Of a DNA stretch of 64,000 nucleotides, positions 24,875 through 37,757 are shown piece after piece (within the stretch, counting starts at the first letter, position 1; every line of letters begins with the position of its first letter). This DNA is from Elsinoe ampelina. Taxonomy: Eukaryota. Under the pieces are notes generated by a model that worked only from the letters and a program-made list of their open reading frames with translations, had not been told where the DNA came from and searched no databases. The stretch spans positions 1,770,312 to 1,834,311 of the forward strand of contig ML992502.1 in the NCBI GenBank assembly GCA_010093995.1. The letters are read 5' to 3'. The translations under genes were made by a program, and so were the position numbers.

Positions 24875-27800
24875 GGTGCTGGGATTTGGTTCGCGGGGTG
24901 GATGCCGGTGGTATCCGGTGGCTTCTGGTTTGCTGAGTCGTGTGTTAGCTGCAAGTCAGGGCCGCGACGAGGGCCGATCCAAGACGGGAGGGAATGGGAA
25001 GGGCAACCTGCCTGCCGTCGATGCGCATGGCCGTCTCCGCCCTCCACGCATCGGCGGCAGGCGAACTGCGCGCCAAGGGACGGCATGAAAGAAACATGGG
25101 TTTGTATCTTGATAGCGGTGAGATGAAAGGACAAGGTTTGGACGGTGCGCGGTGAAACGCTGCCAAAGGGCAACAGAGTTAAGCTTGAATCGACTGACCT
25201 GACTGGAAGGAGACCTGACTGGAGATGAGGGAGACCCTGGCCTGCAGCAAGCGAGCTGCTCGGTGCCGGACAAAAAGTAAAAACTGACGTGTTGGCGTGA
25301 TTTTCGACAACAACCACTGGGATAGACTGGGGTTTTACCGCTCAGGGCGATAGCGGTGGTGATCTTGGTCGTCTCGAAAATTTCGGGGGGTTTTGGATGT
25401 CGTCTATCCTGCAGATGCAGAGGATGGCACGCTGCTGTCGCTATCGGTGAGTGTGTTGGGAACTTGACGGCGTCTGGACTCCAGAAGTGTCCGCTCGTGG
25501 TTGGCCTTCAGTCCTCTCGTCGTCAAAAAGGTTGAGAGATGTCGTTGATTGACGCGCGAGAGGCGAGGCGGGTTGCTGCTCTTGTATCAGTCTGATGATG
25601 CTTCGCCAAATAGAAAACCCGACCCCCGTCATTCGCGACCCCTTTCGTTTGTGGCAGCGACAGACCTGTCGTTATGCATGCTACTGCATTGCAAAAGCCG
25701 CCAGCGCTTCCGCCTGCAGAAGCTATTGTTAATCGGAGCACTCACCGGATCGTTGACGTGAGGACGTGCTTGCCGTTCAACCGCGTCTGTCTAATAATGG
25801 TCGGACGTGGATCTGGCGGCGCCGGGAAGGCCCCTTGCGTGGGTCGGCGATCGCCAGCCACTTCTTGTCGAGTATACCGCCGACCAGGGAAATTTGCTGA
25901 CTGGGGACCAGATGTGTGTGTGTGTTTTTGTGTGAGGTGGTACCTTGCTTACGGGGAGCTTTCCTGTGCGCAAGAGAGAACAAAATTGATGGGACAAGAG
26001 GACGAAGGAGAGGCAAGCACTCCTGTATATCTAGACGCTGTTCCCACACATGCTTTGGACGCTGGCCCTGCTACCGGAGTCGCCCACTGCACATGCTGAA
26101 CAGGCATGCATACGCTGATTTGCTGCAGATCATTGTGGGTCCAACGACAGCACATCCCTCATCATGTTCCCTCGACCAGCTGCACTGCTGCTTCAAATCA
26201 CAAACTGGCCACTGGTCTAAACTCGTCCCGCCTCCCGCCCTGCCTAATCGACCTCTGATCTCAGAAGCCAGGGACTGCAAATCATCTGCCGCTAGTCTAC
26301 TTCCGATCCGTGTCGCCAGAGGGTCGTATTTCATGCAGCTGCAGCTGTGGAGCGGCTCGATGCAGACCGATCACTTGGTCATTTACCTGGACTAGGACGA
26401 CATTAACAAAATCGCCAAGCCCAAGGTTTCGCGTTCGTCTTTAGGGCTGTTCTTTCCGCCTTCCCCGAAGCTAGGGACTGCCTCCGGCTTCCCACCAGCC
26501 TGGCTGCTTCCAATGTCAAATGGAAGTTGCAGCACTGCCGGATCACTCCATCCCATCAGATACTGCCGCCACGTTTGCTGTACATCCGTATCTGCCGTCC
26601 TAGTCTGAGCTGCACACCTCACCGCAATGACACATCTGTCCGACTACTCAACATGGTTTGTATGCCCACATATCCTCGGCTGGGCTCCGTGCACAAGGCG
26701 TCGACCGATCAGGTCTAGTACTTTCGCCTTTGCCCATGCAGCGGCCCTTGTGCCCGCTACTTCTAATTTGTACCCTTCGTTGGGACAAGCTCACTGGTTC
26801 CCATTGTGACTGCATGATGCAGCGTTGTCTGTATAGAGGTCAGCTTAGGGAGATCAGGTAGGTGATGGAGGACGGCTGAGCACGAAGCCGCACAGATTGT
26901 TTCTAACATTGGGAATGGTCAGTCGCCTTCGACCATGCATGAGCCTACTCTCATTTGAGTTTCCGGCATGAGCAACACCTGCAGGGTACAGGACCTCCAA
27001 GTCATTTTGGCGGCAACTCGGACGACGTCTCAGGCTCACTCGACATCTCCAATGCATCTTCAACCTCATGGTCTTTCCTGGCGTCTTTGCAATACCACTC
27101 CCTGCCCGACATGGTCATCTCAAAACCAACCATCGAACTCTATTCTGGCCACAACTGATGACGATGTATACGCTACGTTGCGTGCTGCATTTTTGCTTTG
27201 ATTGCGGTATGACGACTGTATCCTATTGAGGCTCGACGTCAGCGGCAGAACTTGTAGGGAAGCATGTAGCTGCAACCATGCATGGGATGCCAGCGTCGTA
27301 TTCCACATTTGTCACGGGCTTTATTCGAAACAATAACTCGGTTCATCTTGCTGGCAGACATATCGACTGATATGCATAGCGGCTCGGAAGCGCCATCTAC
27401 CTCTGTCAAACGAACGATTGACGATCAGGTACCTATTCAATCAAGAGCCACTCGTCTAGCAGGACCGCAGAGATTTGGAATGCAGCTGGCTGCGACCAGC
27501 CGAAATGGAGGGTGGACGTGGCAGGAGCACAAGGCATTGTCCGCCAATGGGGAACTCGTGGTTTGTGCACAACCACAACCGGCCCGTGGCTTTCGGATGG
27601 TGCTTGAGCATACTGGTCATGCGTGCCACGTCCGCCTTGACACCCATCGATACCAACACGAGTATCCGATCATGATTATTTGGGCATCCGCCGCCAGACG
27701 AAGGCTCAAATGCAAAGGTCATGGCTTGCGAGGCTGACCAGAATCTATGAGCTCACTTGTGATCCCTCGCTAACAGAGAGTACTTTAGTGTCCTTGCCCC

Positions 27801-29141
27801 CGACTTCGGATTGATTTTGATCGAATGGTGAACACAGGGTAACGCTGGACAGAACTCGAGCAGTCGTCCCCGTCTCCAGGTGCGGGACGCCTTCTTTGGT
27901 TTACGGCAGAATGATTCCACTCACGAGGTCGCCAGCCTGCTCCACTGCACCGATTCTTCCCTCCTCGTCACAGCCGTCATACGAGGAATCTGAAGGAAAC
28001 ACAACGCTACCTACCACGCGGATCCTGCTCTACGACGCACCAGATCGTGGACCATTGCACACGACCACAAATCTGCCCTACTTTGAGGTACCCATCAAGG
28101 TGAGCCTGTCGCTGTCGGCCTCCAATTGCCTGCTCGCAGGGGTAGCGTCATGGTTGACAGCAAGTCCGTCAGAGGAACCCAGATCACGCCTCGTGCTCCG
28201 GGTCGGCTCCCATACCGCTTCCTCGTCGTCAGCGTCTGGTGGGTCGTCCAAAAACCTGTTTCGAGCCTCCGCGAAAGGGCGGCTAGCCAGCGAGGCTCGG
28301 TCATTGTTCGATGCGAAGGATCCATCTCGTATTCTGGCTGTCCTCATGATGAGCAACACTAGTGACTTGGCGAGCATGCAGCTTTATCTCAACCTTCGTT
28401 GACCGTCGCGGTGAGCGACCAATCTGAGCAATAACGACCCGCGATGACAGCTTGTTCCGCAGTCAGCTGAGCGTCTCAGGATCTCAAATACCAGACTTGA
28501 CCATTCGCTTGAATGACCCCGGACGCAAAGATGCATGATTGCATTTTCCGCTTCCGCAAAGCAAACGTGGAGTGCCGAATCTCCGACGGTGAAGCTGGAT
28601 GGACTGGCCAGATTTCTAAAGGGATTGCAGGGTGGCCAAACAGATGTCTGCTGGTGAAGTCGCCGCAATAGCGTCGGGCAAGATAACTTAGATATCGTCC
28701 AAAATTGACGGAAGTTGAATCAGAGCTGTTCGGAAATCGATCGCTGGAATTCTCATCCATTTTGAAGATCGTTCGCCCTGTTCTTGTGTCGCCACCTGAA
28801 GCCATGGAAAAATTCGCGGTGTTGCGACACACAGAGAAGGAGCCCATCCTACTAGCCAATCAAGTACGAGAAGCTTATACATAGCATCGATGTAGGTGCG
28901 ATGCCGTCAAGTCATCGAATGAATGACTGTTGGAGATGTTTCTCTCGAAGATGAAGTTCCACGTGGCCGCATGAAGCTTTTCGACGGCGTGGCGGGCCCT
29001 CGAAGATCTTTGACGCCGCGCTTGCATCTGCCATCGTTTCCATTGATGTGACGAAATTCAATCTTACAATATCTCGAATTGCCGTGACAGCTTGCAAACA
29101 CATCGCAGTATCGAAGCAGACACACAGATGACATTACGATA

Positions 29142-30055
29142 ATGTCCAAGCAAAGCGCAGCCGAAGAATGGCTGACATGGGCGTTCAGCCCTTCAGCGAC
29201 AGCCATCATCGTCACTCTCCTGGTCGCCATCTTATCTCCTCTAGCGCTTCATTACTATCTCTATCGGACCCGCGCAAAATCAACAACATCGCAATTCCTC
29301 CTACTTGGCCCGAGCAGTAGCGGTAAAACATCTCTTGCGCTCTACGTAAGCTGAATGCTCCCCTCAAGTTATGCCCCCGCTGATCAATGCAGTTTCAAAC
29401 TGGTCGACCACACAAGACACACACATCACAAGAGCCATCCACGATCCCATGCGTGCTGCGGGATGGTTTCGAGGCAGCATCGCAGGGTTTCCGATCACAC
29501 AATGATCCGACCGTCGCGGCAGACCGCAAATTCACACTAATCGATACTCCTGGCCATGGCAAACTCCGCCATCATGCCATTAATGAGCTTGAGAGCACCA
29601 AAGATCTGAAAGGGATCATCTTCGTAGTCGATAGCGCTGCCTGCTCCTCTCCGACCGGACTGACCGAGGCCGCCGGATATCTTCACGATGTGCTGCTTAC
29701 GCTGCAGAAACGACAGACAGGTGGAAAATCGAGCAAGCACATGGTCACTGTACCTGTACTGGTAGCTGCGAACAAGCTCGATCTATTTACCGCTTTGCCG
29801 GCCATGTTAATCAAGAAGTCTCTGGAGGAGGAAGTGGGCAAGGTAAGGGAGAGCCGAGGACGAGGGCTGGCAGCGTCCGGGGATGGTGATGAAGGTGAAG
29901 ACAAGGACTGGCTAGGCGAGGGAGGCGAAGGGCCTTTCAAGTTCGAGCAGATGCGGGAGGCGGAAGTTGATGTGCAGGTCTTGGGTGGGGCGGTGTTGGG
30001 GGAGAAGGGGGCGGAGTGCCAGGAGTGGTGGGCATGGGTGGGGGACAACATGTAG
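29142..30055 (+). CDS. SRP102: Signal recognition particle receptor beta subunit, 2 exons
   Basis: N-terminal TM helix, GPSSSGKT, THTSQ, DTPGHGKLR, IFVVDS, AANKLDLFTA; intron 29346-29392. Confidence 0.92.
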
Positions 30056-30338
30056 TCGTTACAGTCGGCCTTGTCGACGTCTGAGCTCTTAGCAAACACA
30101 ATCCAAGGCAGTGGACTTCCCATTCATCGTTGTTCAGCACGCAATTCCTCCTCCGAATTGTCCATCGGCCATCCCCGCGGCGACTTCGAAACATGTGCGG
30201 CTAGAAACGGCACTCACCCCTGCCTTGCCTCGACAGCAACAAACCTTGAACACATTCTTCACCTCTCGTCCATCCTCAAGCTTCTTATACACACCTCCCT
30301 TCTTCTCACACAGCATCCCCCCTCCCATCCCGCCCATC

Positions 30339-32024
30339 ATGACCACCACCCACCCCCGCCATCCCCCTACCGTCATGGACAACATCACCCAACACATCGG
30401 CAACACCCCCCTCGTCCGCCTCAACAAACTCCCCCAATCCCTCCACCTCCGGCCCACCATCTACGCCAAACTCGAATTCTTCAACGCCGGCGGCAGCGTC
30501 AAGGACCGCATCGCCCTCCGCATGATCGAAGCCGCCGAACGCGCCGGCCGCATCCACCCGTCCCGCAGCACGCTCATCGAGCCCACGTCGGGGAACACGG
30601 GGATCGGCCTCGCGCTCGTCGGCGCAGTCAAGGGGTACAAAGTGATCATCACGCTGCCGGAGAAGATGAGCCCGGAGAAAGTGGCGGTGCTGCGGGCGCT
30701 CGGGGCCGAGGTGGTGAGGACGCCCACGGCGGCCGCGTGGGACAGTCCGGAGAGCCACATTGGGGTTGCGAGGAGGTTGGAGAAAGAAATCCCCGGGGGC
30801 GTGATATTGGATCAGTATGGGAATGAGAATAACCCGTTGGCGCACGAGGAGGGCACGGCGCAGGAGGTGTGGGAGCAGACCGGGGGGAAGGTGACGTGTT
30901 TGGTTGCGGGCGCGGGGACCGGGGGGACCATCACGGGGTTGGCGAAGGGGTTGAAGAGGCACAATAAGGATATAAAGATTGTGGCGGCGGATCCGCAGGG
31001 GAGTATACTTGCGCTGCCGGCGACTTTGAATGATGAGCAGAAGGATAAGCCGTATAAGGTCGAGGGGATTGGGTATGATTTCATACCGGATGTGTTGGAT
31101 CAGAAGATTGTGGATACTTGGTACAAGACGGATGATCGGACTTCGTTCGAGTGGGCGAGGAGGTTGATCAGGGAGGAGGGTCTGCTGTGTGGTGGTAGCA
31201 GTGGGAGTGCAATGGCCGCGATGGTGAAGGCTTGTGTGGAGTTGGAATTGACGGAGGACGATGTGGTGGTTGTCATATTGCCGGACAGCATCAGAAGCTA
31301 TCTCAGCAAGGTGAGAAGGACCTGGTTATGTGGTTCAGACATGATATGCTAATGCTTCTGACAGTTTGTGGACGATGACTGGCTGGCAGCGAATGACCTG
31401 CTGCCGCCAACACCACCAGTGACTTCCCCACCATCGCCGGTGTCGAAACCGATCAAAGACGATGATGGGTACGGCAACGCTCGGATCTCTGACCTACGCC
31501 TCAAGCCCGTTGTCACCATCTCCTCCGCTTCATCGTGTGGCGACGCCATCGAGACCATGCGTGACAAGGGCTTCGATCAACTTCCAGTCTCAGCTGGCAG
31601 CACGTCGCGCCTCTGCGGTCTTGTGACTCTGGGCAACTTACTATCATTCCTGTCATCTGGTCGTGCTAGTGGGGAGACACCTGTCGAGGACGTCATGTTC
31701 GATTTCCGCTCCTTGCCAGAGACAGAGGTCAACCTCAAGAACATTACCATCGAGACTCCTGAGGAGCGCAAGGAGCGAGTCACCAGCAGCGAGAAGAGCA
31801 GCCACCCGAACAGGAACAGCTTCTTCGAGATCACCAAAAACACCAGACTGAGCGCTCTGAGCAAGTTCTTCGAATGGAATAGCGCCGCCATCGTGACGGA
31901 GAGGCAAGAGAAGCACTTCAAGGCTATCGCGGTTGTCACCAAGGTGGATTTATTGACATGGTTGGTGAAGAACAAAAAGACGAATGGGACGAACGGGCAT
32001 TCGGCAAGTCTGCCTACACGGTAG
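30339..32024 (+). CDS. CYS4: Cystathionine beta-synthase with C-terminal CBS domains, 2 exons
   Basis: IGNTPLV, NAGGSVKDRIA (PLP Lys), EPTSGNTG, GAGTGGT, VEGIGYDF, PDSIRSYLSKF, GFDQLPV, VTKVDLL; intron 31311-31364. Confidence 0.95.
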
Positions 32025-32621
32025 ACTGGTATAGATGGAACTTTTATACGAAGATATGGCAGCCATGGAGATGGGCGTTGAGAAATATAGAGACGATTTG
32101 CTTCTAGAATGGTTGTCTCCGGATAAAAGAGAACAGGGAAAGATTAATAGAGAGCAATCAAGGTTTTGAAAGATGCTTGGAAAGCCATGAGAGCGTGAGT
32201 GTTACCATTTCTTCCCTGATTTGAGTTTGCGAAACACTGGTCGAGCTCTATCCCTGCATGAAATCAATGAGCTACTGCAGGAACGATCCGACCTTGTGTT
32301 GAGCTTTACACTTTCAAGCACTAGGAGCATGGTCTTTGTGATATGTCTCGAATCGACTCGCGACAAGTATAGACGTCAAGGACATCAAGGCATTGGTGGG
32401 GTGGTCGTCAAGGCGGCAGAACCAATGCGCCGGGAACCTGCATGTGATTGCGACTTCAACCTTTTCTGCCACAAGCACGGCATCCATCTTCCTTTTCCCC
32501 CCACCTTCAACTCACGCTTCTTCAAATCACGTACCACATCTTGTCACAATGTTTCCTTCCATCAAAATCATATCAGCATAGCCTCCCTCTTTCGCCGCAA
32601 CAGCGGCGTGACTATCCTTGG

Positions 32622-35432
32622 ATGTTCCTCGATAGTATCATAAACGCCTTCACCAATCTCAGCATGTCGACTCCGACTATCCGCCGCTCAAGGCGTATCG
32701 CCGGTCAGCCGGCAGCTACAGACTTCTCTGGGGAGCCTTCAACGTCGACTCCAACTGCTCCAGCTATCGTCGCAGCAGCTCCTTCAGCCCCTCCAGCAGA
32801 GCCGATAAGGCCCAGAACTCGCCGCGGGAACACTCACGCGACACATGAGCAGAGAGCTCGAGCTAGGAATCGACACCCTCCTCCAACCCTGCGTCCAGCC
32901 CAGCAGCACCCACCGCCTCCAGAAGGACCTTTCACATTCACCCACAGCGACCCAGCTTGGCCCGGGCAGAACGACGCCGCCACACTCACTGCCGCCCCAA
33001 ACCCTCCACCACCTGGGATCAAGTCCGAGTCACCTGGTGCTGATGTCGACATGACAGATGCGCCGGACATCAAGCAGGAGCAGAGTGACGATTCACAGAG
33101 CCGATCGATTGCCTTCCCAGACACCACACCAAGCACACAGCCCCAACAAGCTTTCCCACCACTGTATGTCATCAATTCCGAGCACATTGCTGCTCGCACT
33201 AGGCGTATTCTTGCAGCAGCGGACAATGAGTTGCAAGCAGCAGCAGCAGCCAGGAGGGCTCAACAATACAATCGCGATGAGCAGACAACGTCGGCTAGAA
33301 CTCCACAGACACATTCACCAACACCGATGCAATCTGCCACTCCGCTACAGATTCCGACATTCAGTACCGCACGGAGTGGCCTTCTTCAAGCACCTCCAGC
33401 ACATAGTGGCACTCTTCAAGCACCTCCAGCAAAGTCCACCAACACAAGCTCACCCCAAGAAGCGAAGGAACCACCTACTCATGCTTGTGTCATCTGCTGC
33501 GATTCACTACCCGAAGTGGATATGAAGCAGCCGTGTCGCTTCTGCAAAGAGTGGTTCTGCGACGAATGCATTGCCGACATGTTCGACCGCGCCATCGACA
33601 CACCTACTGCTATGCCACCAAAGTGCCACATGATCTTCCAACTCCACACGGGTCTTCCACTGCTCTCAACAGAAAGAGCTCAGATGTTTCGCGACAAATT
33701 CGAGGAATGGCTTGCGACCGACAAGGTCTACTGCCCAGTCAAGACATGCGCTACATTCATCCCAGAGAGGATCTACCATCCTGGTCAAGGTCCAGCACCT
33801 AAATTTGGCCAATTCGCGAGGTCACAGGCAGAAAAGATTGTAGCTGCTGTCATCGAGCATCCCACGGCTCGTCACTTCATGCGAAATTCAGGCGAGACGG
33901 CGCTGGACTCATCGGGCCGACCTCAATCCTTCCTTGCCATGAAACGGGTCAAGTACGACAGCTGGGGATCTTTGGTCGCAGACTTGCAGAACATCATCGA
34001 CAAGGCAACAAGGCCTGGCGTTGAAGCCCATGCGGCAGCCAAAGCAACATTGATCAACGTAGCAGCTAACACATGGGACAAGATCATGTTGCGACCCAGC
34101 TCCAAGGTCACCTTTCCGATGGAGAAACCCAAAGTCATCGCCTGTCCGACCTGCTGCATCGGAATCTGCCTGGAATGTCGTCAGACTGCGCATGCGGGAA
34201 AGCCATGCGACACCACTGTCAAGGACCACGAGATGGCCATGATGGCACAGTATGGCTACAAGCAGTGTCCTGTCTGCCGTACAGCAGTCAAGCGCATGTT
34301 CGGCTGTAGTCACATGCAGTGCCTGTGCGGAGCCCACTGGTGCTGGAGATGCGAGAAGCATATCGACGAGTGTGGAGGAGGCTGCAATGAAGGTGATGAA
34401 GAGGATGCTTCCGATTATGGCGAAGCTGAGTATGATGGTATCTCGGACCCTGGTGATATGATGGATCCAGCAGACAATCCTTTGCTTGCGCCGATCGTCC
34501 AGGCCCAAGCGGATCAACCGCACAATGATGTGCTTGCATACATGGCTGAGCCGGCCGCTTTAGGTGTCCGTCCTCCACCTGATCACGAGACAACTGCGGC
34601 GCCTCAAGGTCTACCGAACAATGCGACAACCGCCAGGACAGATGCTCACAACACGGGCATGACGGGGCAAGATGATCTACTAGAGCCAATGCCAGATGCG
34701 GTACGGACAAGACTAGCCCTTGCCGCAGCTACTGCGACGCGTCCGAACCCGGTCGAGCCGAATCCTGCACCCCCTACTCAGCCCATCCGTCCAGCGGACC
34801 GCCAGCCAGCAGATCTGGACGCAGGAGGAGGACGCAGATGGGAGGGCTTTGCAGAGTTTGGAGATGAGCCTAATGAGCCCATGTCCAGCGTCTGGACCTG
34901 TCATCACCAGTTCAAGCACGTGTCGCCCAAGTCTGACAACTGGACCGTCAAGCTTGGATCGGTGGTGGAGTGCAATCGCTGCTTCAAGAAGATGGAGATC
35001 GCTCGTCGTAACATTACTCCGGTGGCGCCGTCGTCGAAGAAGAGTCCCGAGATCAAGCTAGAGCCGCAGCAGGAGACGGCGGTCGTGTCGAGTGCCCCTG
35101 CAGTCCGCGGCCCGGAACAGCATGGTGGTCCATTGAGGGCTCCGCCAAGTCAGCACCCGTTGGCTCTCGAAGAGGCCTGGGATACAACAGCCCAAGTGAG
35201 CCGCACTATCCCTCCCTCAGCACCACTGTTACCGAGCAGCGTTGACTCCGAGCCCCCACGACGATCTGGAACCAATCGTCGCTCGACCAACACTCTGGCT
35301 GCCGAGAAGGAGAAGAAGAAGGAGACCAAAAGAGAGGACATGCCTTTCGATTGTCGTGCATGCAATGTGTTATACTGTGGAGAATGCAAGGACATCATGC
35401 TGGAGAGGCGCAGGTTGGAAAAGAAGAGATAA
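32622..35432 (+). CDS. RBR (RING1-IBR-RING2) E3 ubiquitin ligase with long disordered arms
   Basis: RING1 CVICC..C..C..FCDEC..PPKC; IBR YCPVKTC / CPTC..ICLEC..H..C; RING2 CPVC..RMFGCSHMQCLCGAHWCWRC; start is 32622 or 32664. Confidence 0.88.
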   Translation: MFLDSIINAFTNLSMSTPTIRRSRRIAGQPAATDFSGEPSTSTPTAPAIVAAAPSAPPAEPIRPRTRRGNTHATHEQRARARNRHPPPTLRPAQQHPPPPEGPFTFTHSDPAWPGQNDAATLTAAPNPPPPGIKSESPGADVDMTDAPDIKQEQSDDSQSRSIAFPDTTPSTQPQQAFPPLYVINSEHIAARTRRILAAADNELQAAAAARRAQQYNRDEQTTSARTPQTHSPTPMQSATPLQIPTFSTARSGLLQAPPAHSGTLQAPPAKSTNTSSPQEAKEPPTHACVICCDSLPEVDMKQPCRFCKEWFCDECIADMFDRAIDTPTAMPPKCHMIFQLHTGLPLLSTERAQMFRDKFEEWLATDKVYCPVKTCATFIPERIYHPGQGPAPKFGQFARSQAEKIVAAVIEHPTARHFMRNSGETALDSSGRPQSFLAMKRVKYDSWGSLVADLQNIIDKATRPGVEAHAAAKATLINVAANTWDKIMLRPSSKVTFPMEKPKVIACPTCCIGICLECRQTAHAGKPCDTTVKDHEMAMMAQYGYKQCPVCRTAVKRMFGCSHMQCLCGAHWCWRCEKHIDECGGGCNEGDEEDASDYGEAEYDGISDPGDMMDPADNPLLAPIVQAQADQPHNDVLAYMAEPAALGVRPPPDHETTAAPQGLPNNATTARTDAHNTGMTGQDDLLEPMPDAVRTRLALAAATATRPNPVEPNPAPPTQPIRPADRQPADLDAGGGRRWEGFAEFGDEPNEPMSSVWTCHHQFKHVSPKSDNWTVKLGSVVECNRCFKKMEIARRNITPVAPSSKKSPEIKLEPQQETAVVSSAPAVRGPEQHGGPLRAPPSQHPLALEEAWDTTAQVSRTIPPSAPLLPSSVDSEPPRRSGTNRRSTNTLAAEKEKKKETKREDMPFDCRACNVLYCGECKDIMLERRRLEKKR

Positions 35433-36033
35433 AGGGGTCGTCGAGGCATGGAAGGTCATCATGCTGAGTAGGGCGCCGGTCAGGGTGAAGCCATCGCCGG
35501 AACTGGCGGAGTTCCGGCCAAATATGATGCGCATGACGATTTCATGACAAGGAAGGAGAAGAAATAGCCTCATGGCTTGAAGAGGATTTGCATCTAATTA
35601 GCATAGATAAATGAAAGCACGCTTACACTCAATGCTGTGTCTTCCTCAATATTGAGTTGCTGCCAACAATGACTGACGACATGTCTGCCGTCTCGTCTAC
35701 CCACTCACATTATTCGATGGAGAATATCTATCGTACGTGGCAGCATGCATTGACAATATGTAGAGTATATTGATGCAGTGTGCGCATCGTCGAGGAGGTC
35801 GACGGATATGCCCTGTACGGTTTAGTGGCTTCCTTTTCGGGTTAGGCGTGAGATCCTGAGGCCAAATATGCCATTTGAGCCTCTACTATTCCTCATCGTT
35901 CAGCAAATGGTCATCCTTTGCATATTTTCCAACAAGATCGTCTCGTGTTCCTCTTCGTCTGTGATATACTCTTTACCCCTTTCCTAATCATTTCATTCCC
36001 TTCCGTTGCCATTGGAAGCTCTCACATTTCAGC

Positions 36034-37298
36034 ATGTCTTCTAACGGCACTCTCAAAAGCCGTAGTAAGACCACACAAAATGGCAAAGCAGACATACACG
36101 AGCAAATAGAAAAGGTCGTCCCAGCAAGCGGCGTCCCAGACAACAACCGCCAAACGACCCTCAACCTCCTCATCTGCGTCGGCGGCATTTACGCATCTTT
36201 GTAACCCCCCTTCCCTTTTTCCCCTGAGCTAATCACGTGCTGACCCCGCCCAGCCTCACATGGGGCGTCCTCCAAGAACGCATCACCACCACGCCCTACG
36301 GCCCCTCCACCGCCCCCGTCAAATTCAAATACCCCCTCGTAGTCAACACCGTCCAATCCACCTTCGCCTGCCTGCTAGGGTACATCTACCTCCTCCTCAC
36401 ACGCACCACCACCTCCCCTCTCCCCGTCTTCCCCTCATCAAACATCATCCCCCCCCTCCTCCTGGTGGCACTCACCTCCTCCCTCGCCTCCCCCTTCGGC
36501 TACGCCTCCCTCGCCCACGTCGACTACATCACCTTCATCCTCGCCAAATCCTGCAAGCTACTCCCCGTCATGGCGCTGCACGTGACGCTGTTCCGGCGGA
36601 GGTACCCCTGGTACAAATACGCCGTCGTGGCGCTGGTCACGGCGGGAGTGGCGGTGTTCACCCTGCACCACCCGGGCGGCGGGAAGAAGGGCAAGGGGGC
36701 GGCGCAGAACTCGTCGTGGGGGTTGGTGTTGTTGGGGGTGAATTTGCTGTTTGATGGGTTGACGAACGCGACGCAGGATCATATCTATAAGGTCTTTAGG
36801 CCGTACAGTGGGCAGCAGATGATGTGCGCGTTGAATTTCATGGCGACGGGATTGACGGTGGGGTTTTTGCTCGTTGAGCCTGTCGTGGGGAGGACGAGCG
36901 TGGGGGCTTATTTGGGGATGAAGGGTGGGGTGGGGGAGTTGAGGGGCGCGTGGGAGTTTGTGAAGTTGTATCCCCAGGTCGGCAGGGATGTGTTGGCTTT
37001 TGCGGCGAGTGGTGCTGTGGGGCAGGTGTTTATTTGTGAGTGGTATGCTTGCTGGTGCAGGGGGAAGATGCTAATGGGTACAGTCTATACTTTGGCGACG
37101 TTCGGGTCGCTGTTGCTTGTCACGGTCACGGTCACGAGGAAGATGTTGACCATGATCTTGTCCGTGGTGTGGTTCGGTCACAGGTTGAGCCCGATGCAGT
37201 GGCTGGGCGTGGCTCTAGTGTTTGGTGGTGTGGGCATGGAGGCACAGTTGAGCAAGAGGGAGAAGCAGGCAAAGGAGGCGGCGAAGAAGCAGAAGTGA
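36034..37298 (+). CDS. HUT1: UDP-galactose/nucleotide-sugar transporter, UAA family, 3 exons
   Basis: CVGGIYASFLTWGVLQERI, ILAKSCKLLPVM, LLFDGLTN.TQD, GAVGQVFIF, TVTVTRKM; introns 36201-36253 and about 37036-37083; KKxK C-terminal end. Confidence 0.92.
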
Positions 37299-37757
37299 AA
37301 TATGGATCGGAGATGTTGTTACATGCATTGCGAGGTAGTAGAAGGTATATAGGAAAGCATCTTGTATAGATTTAGGGGGTTCAAATGGCTTGTACTACGC
37401 CGCGACCATATGACGTTGGTCGGAAGTCGAGCTAGGAGTTCAAAATCGCGAAGGTAGGAGGCAAAGATGACATGGACGTTGTCTTTCTTTATCATGCCTA
37501 GTCTTCTGAAAGATGACCATCAGACCAAAGGTGAGGCACAAAAAGGAAGCTGGCTCACTTGCCCTGCAGGTGGTCTGGCCGTTCCTGGCGACCGCCAAGC
37601 CATGACGTCGATGTGCGTCGGACACGACCTGGCGGAATTCTTTCACCATAGAAACACCACGTTACCCTCGACCAAGTTTTCCAGTATGCGACACGTCTGC
37701 TAGGACTTGGTCACTTGAAAGCCATATCCCGCATCAAGCTCCATCTCTCCAGCACTC

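Noticed and set aside
27890..29100. Several 60-170 aa ORFs upstream of SRP102
   Set aside because: No recognisable domain, consistent splice model or codon bias; could be a decayed gene but is unsupported
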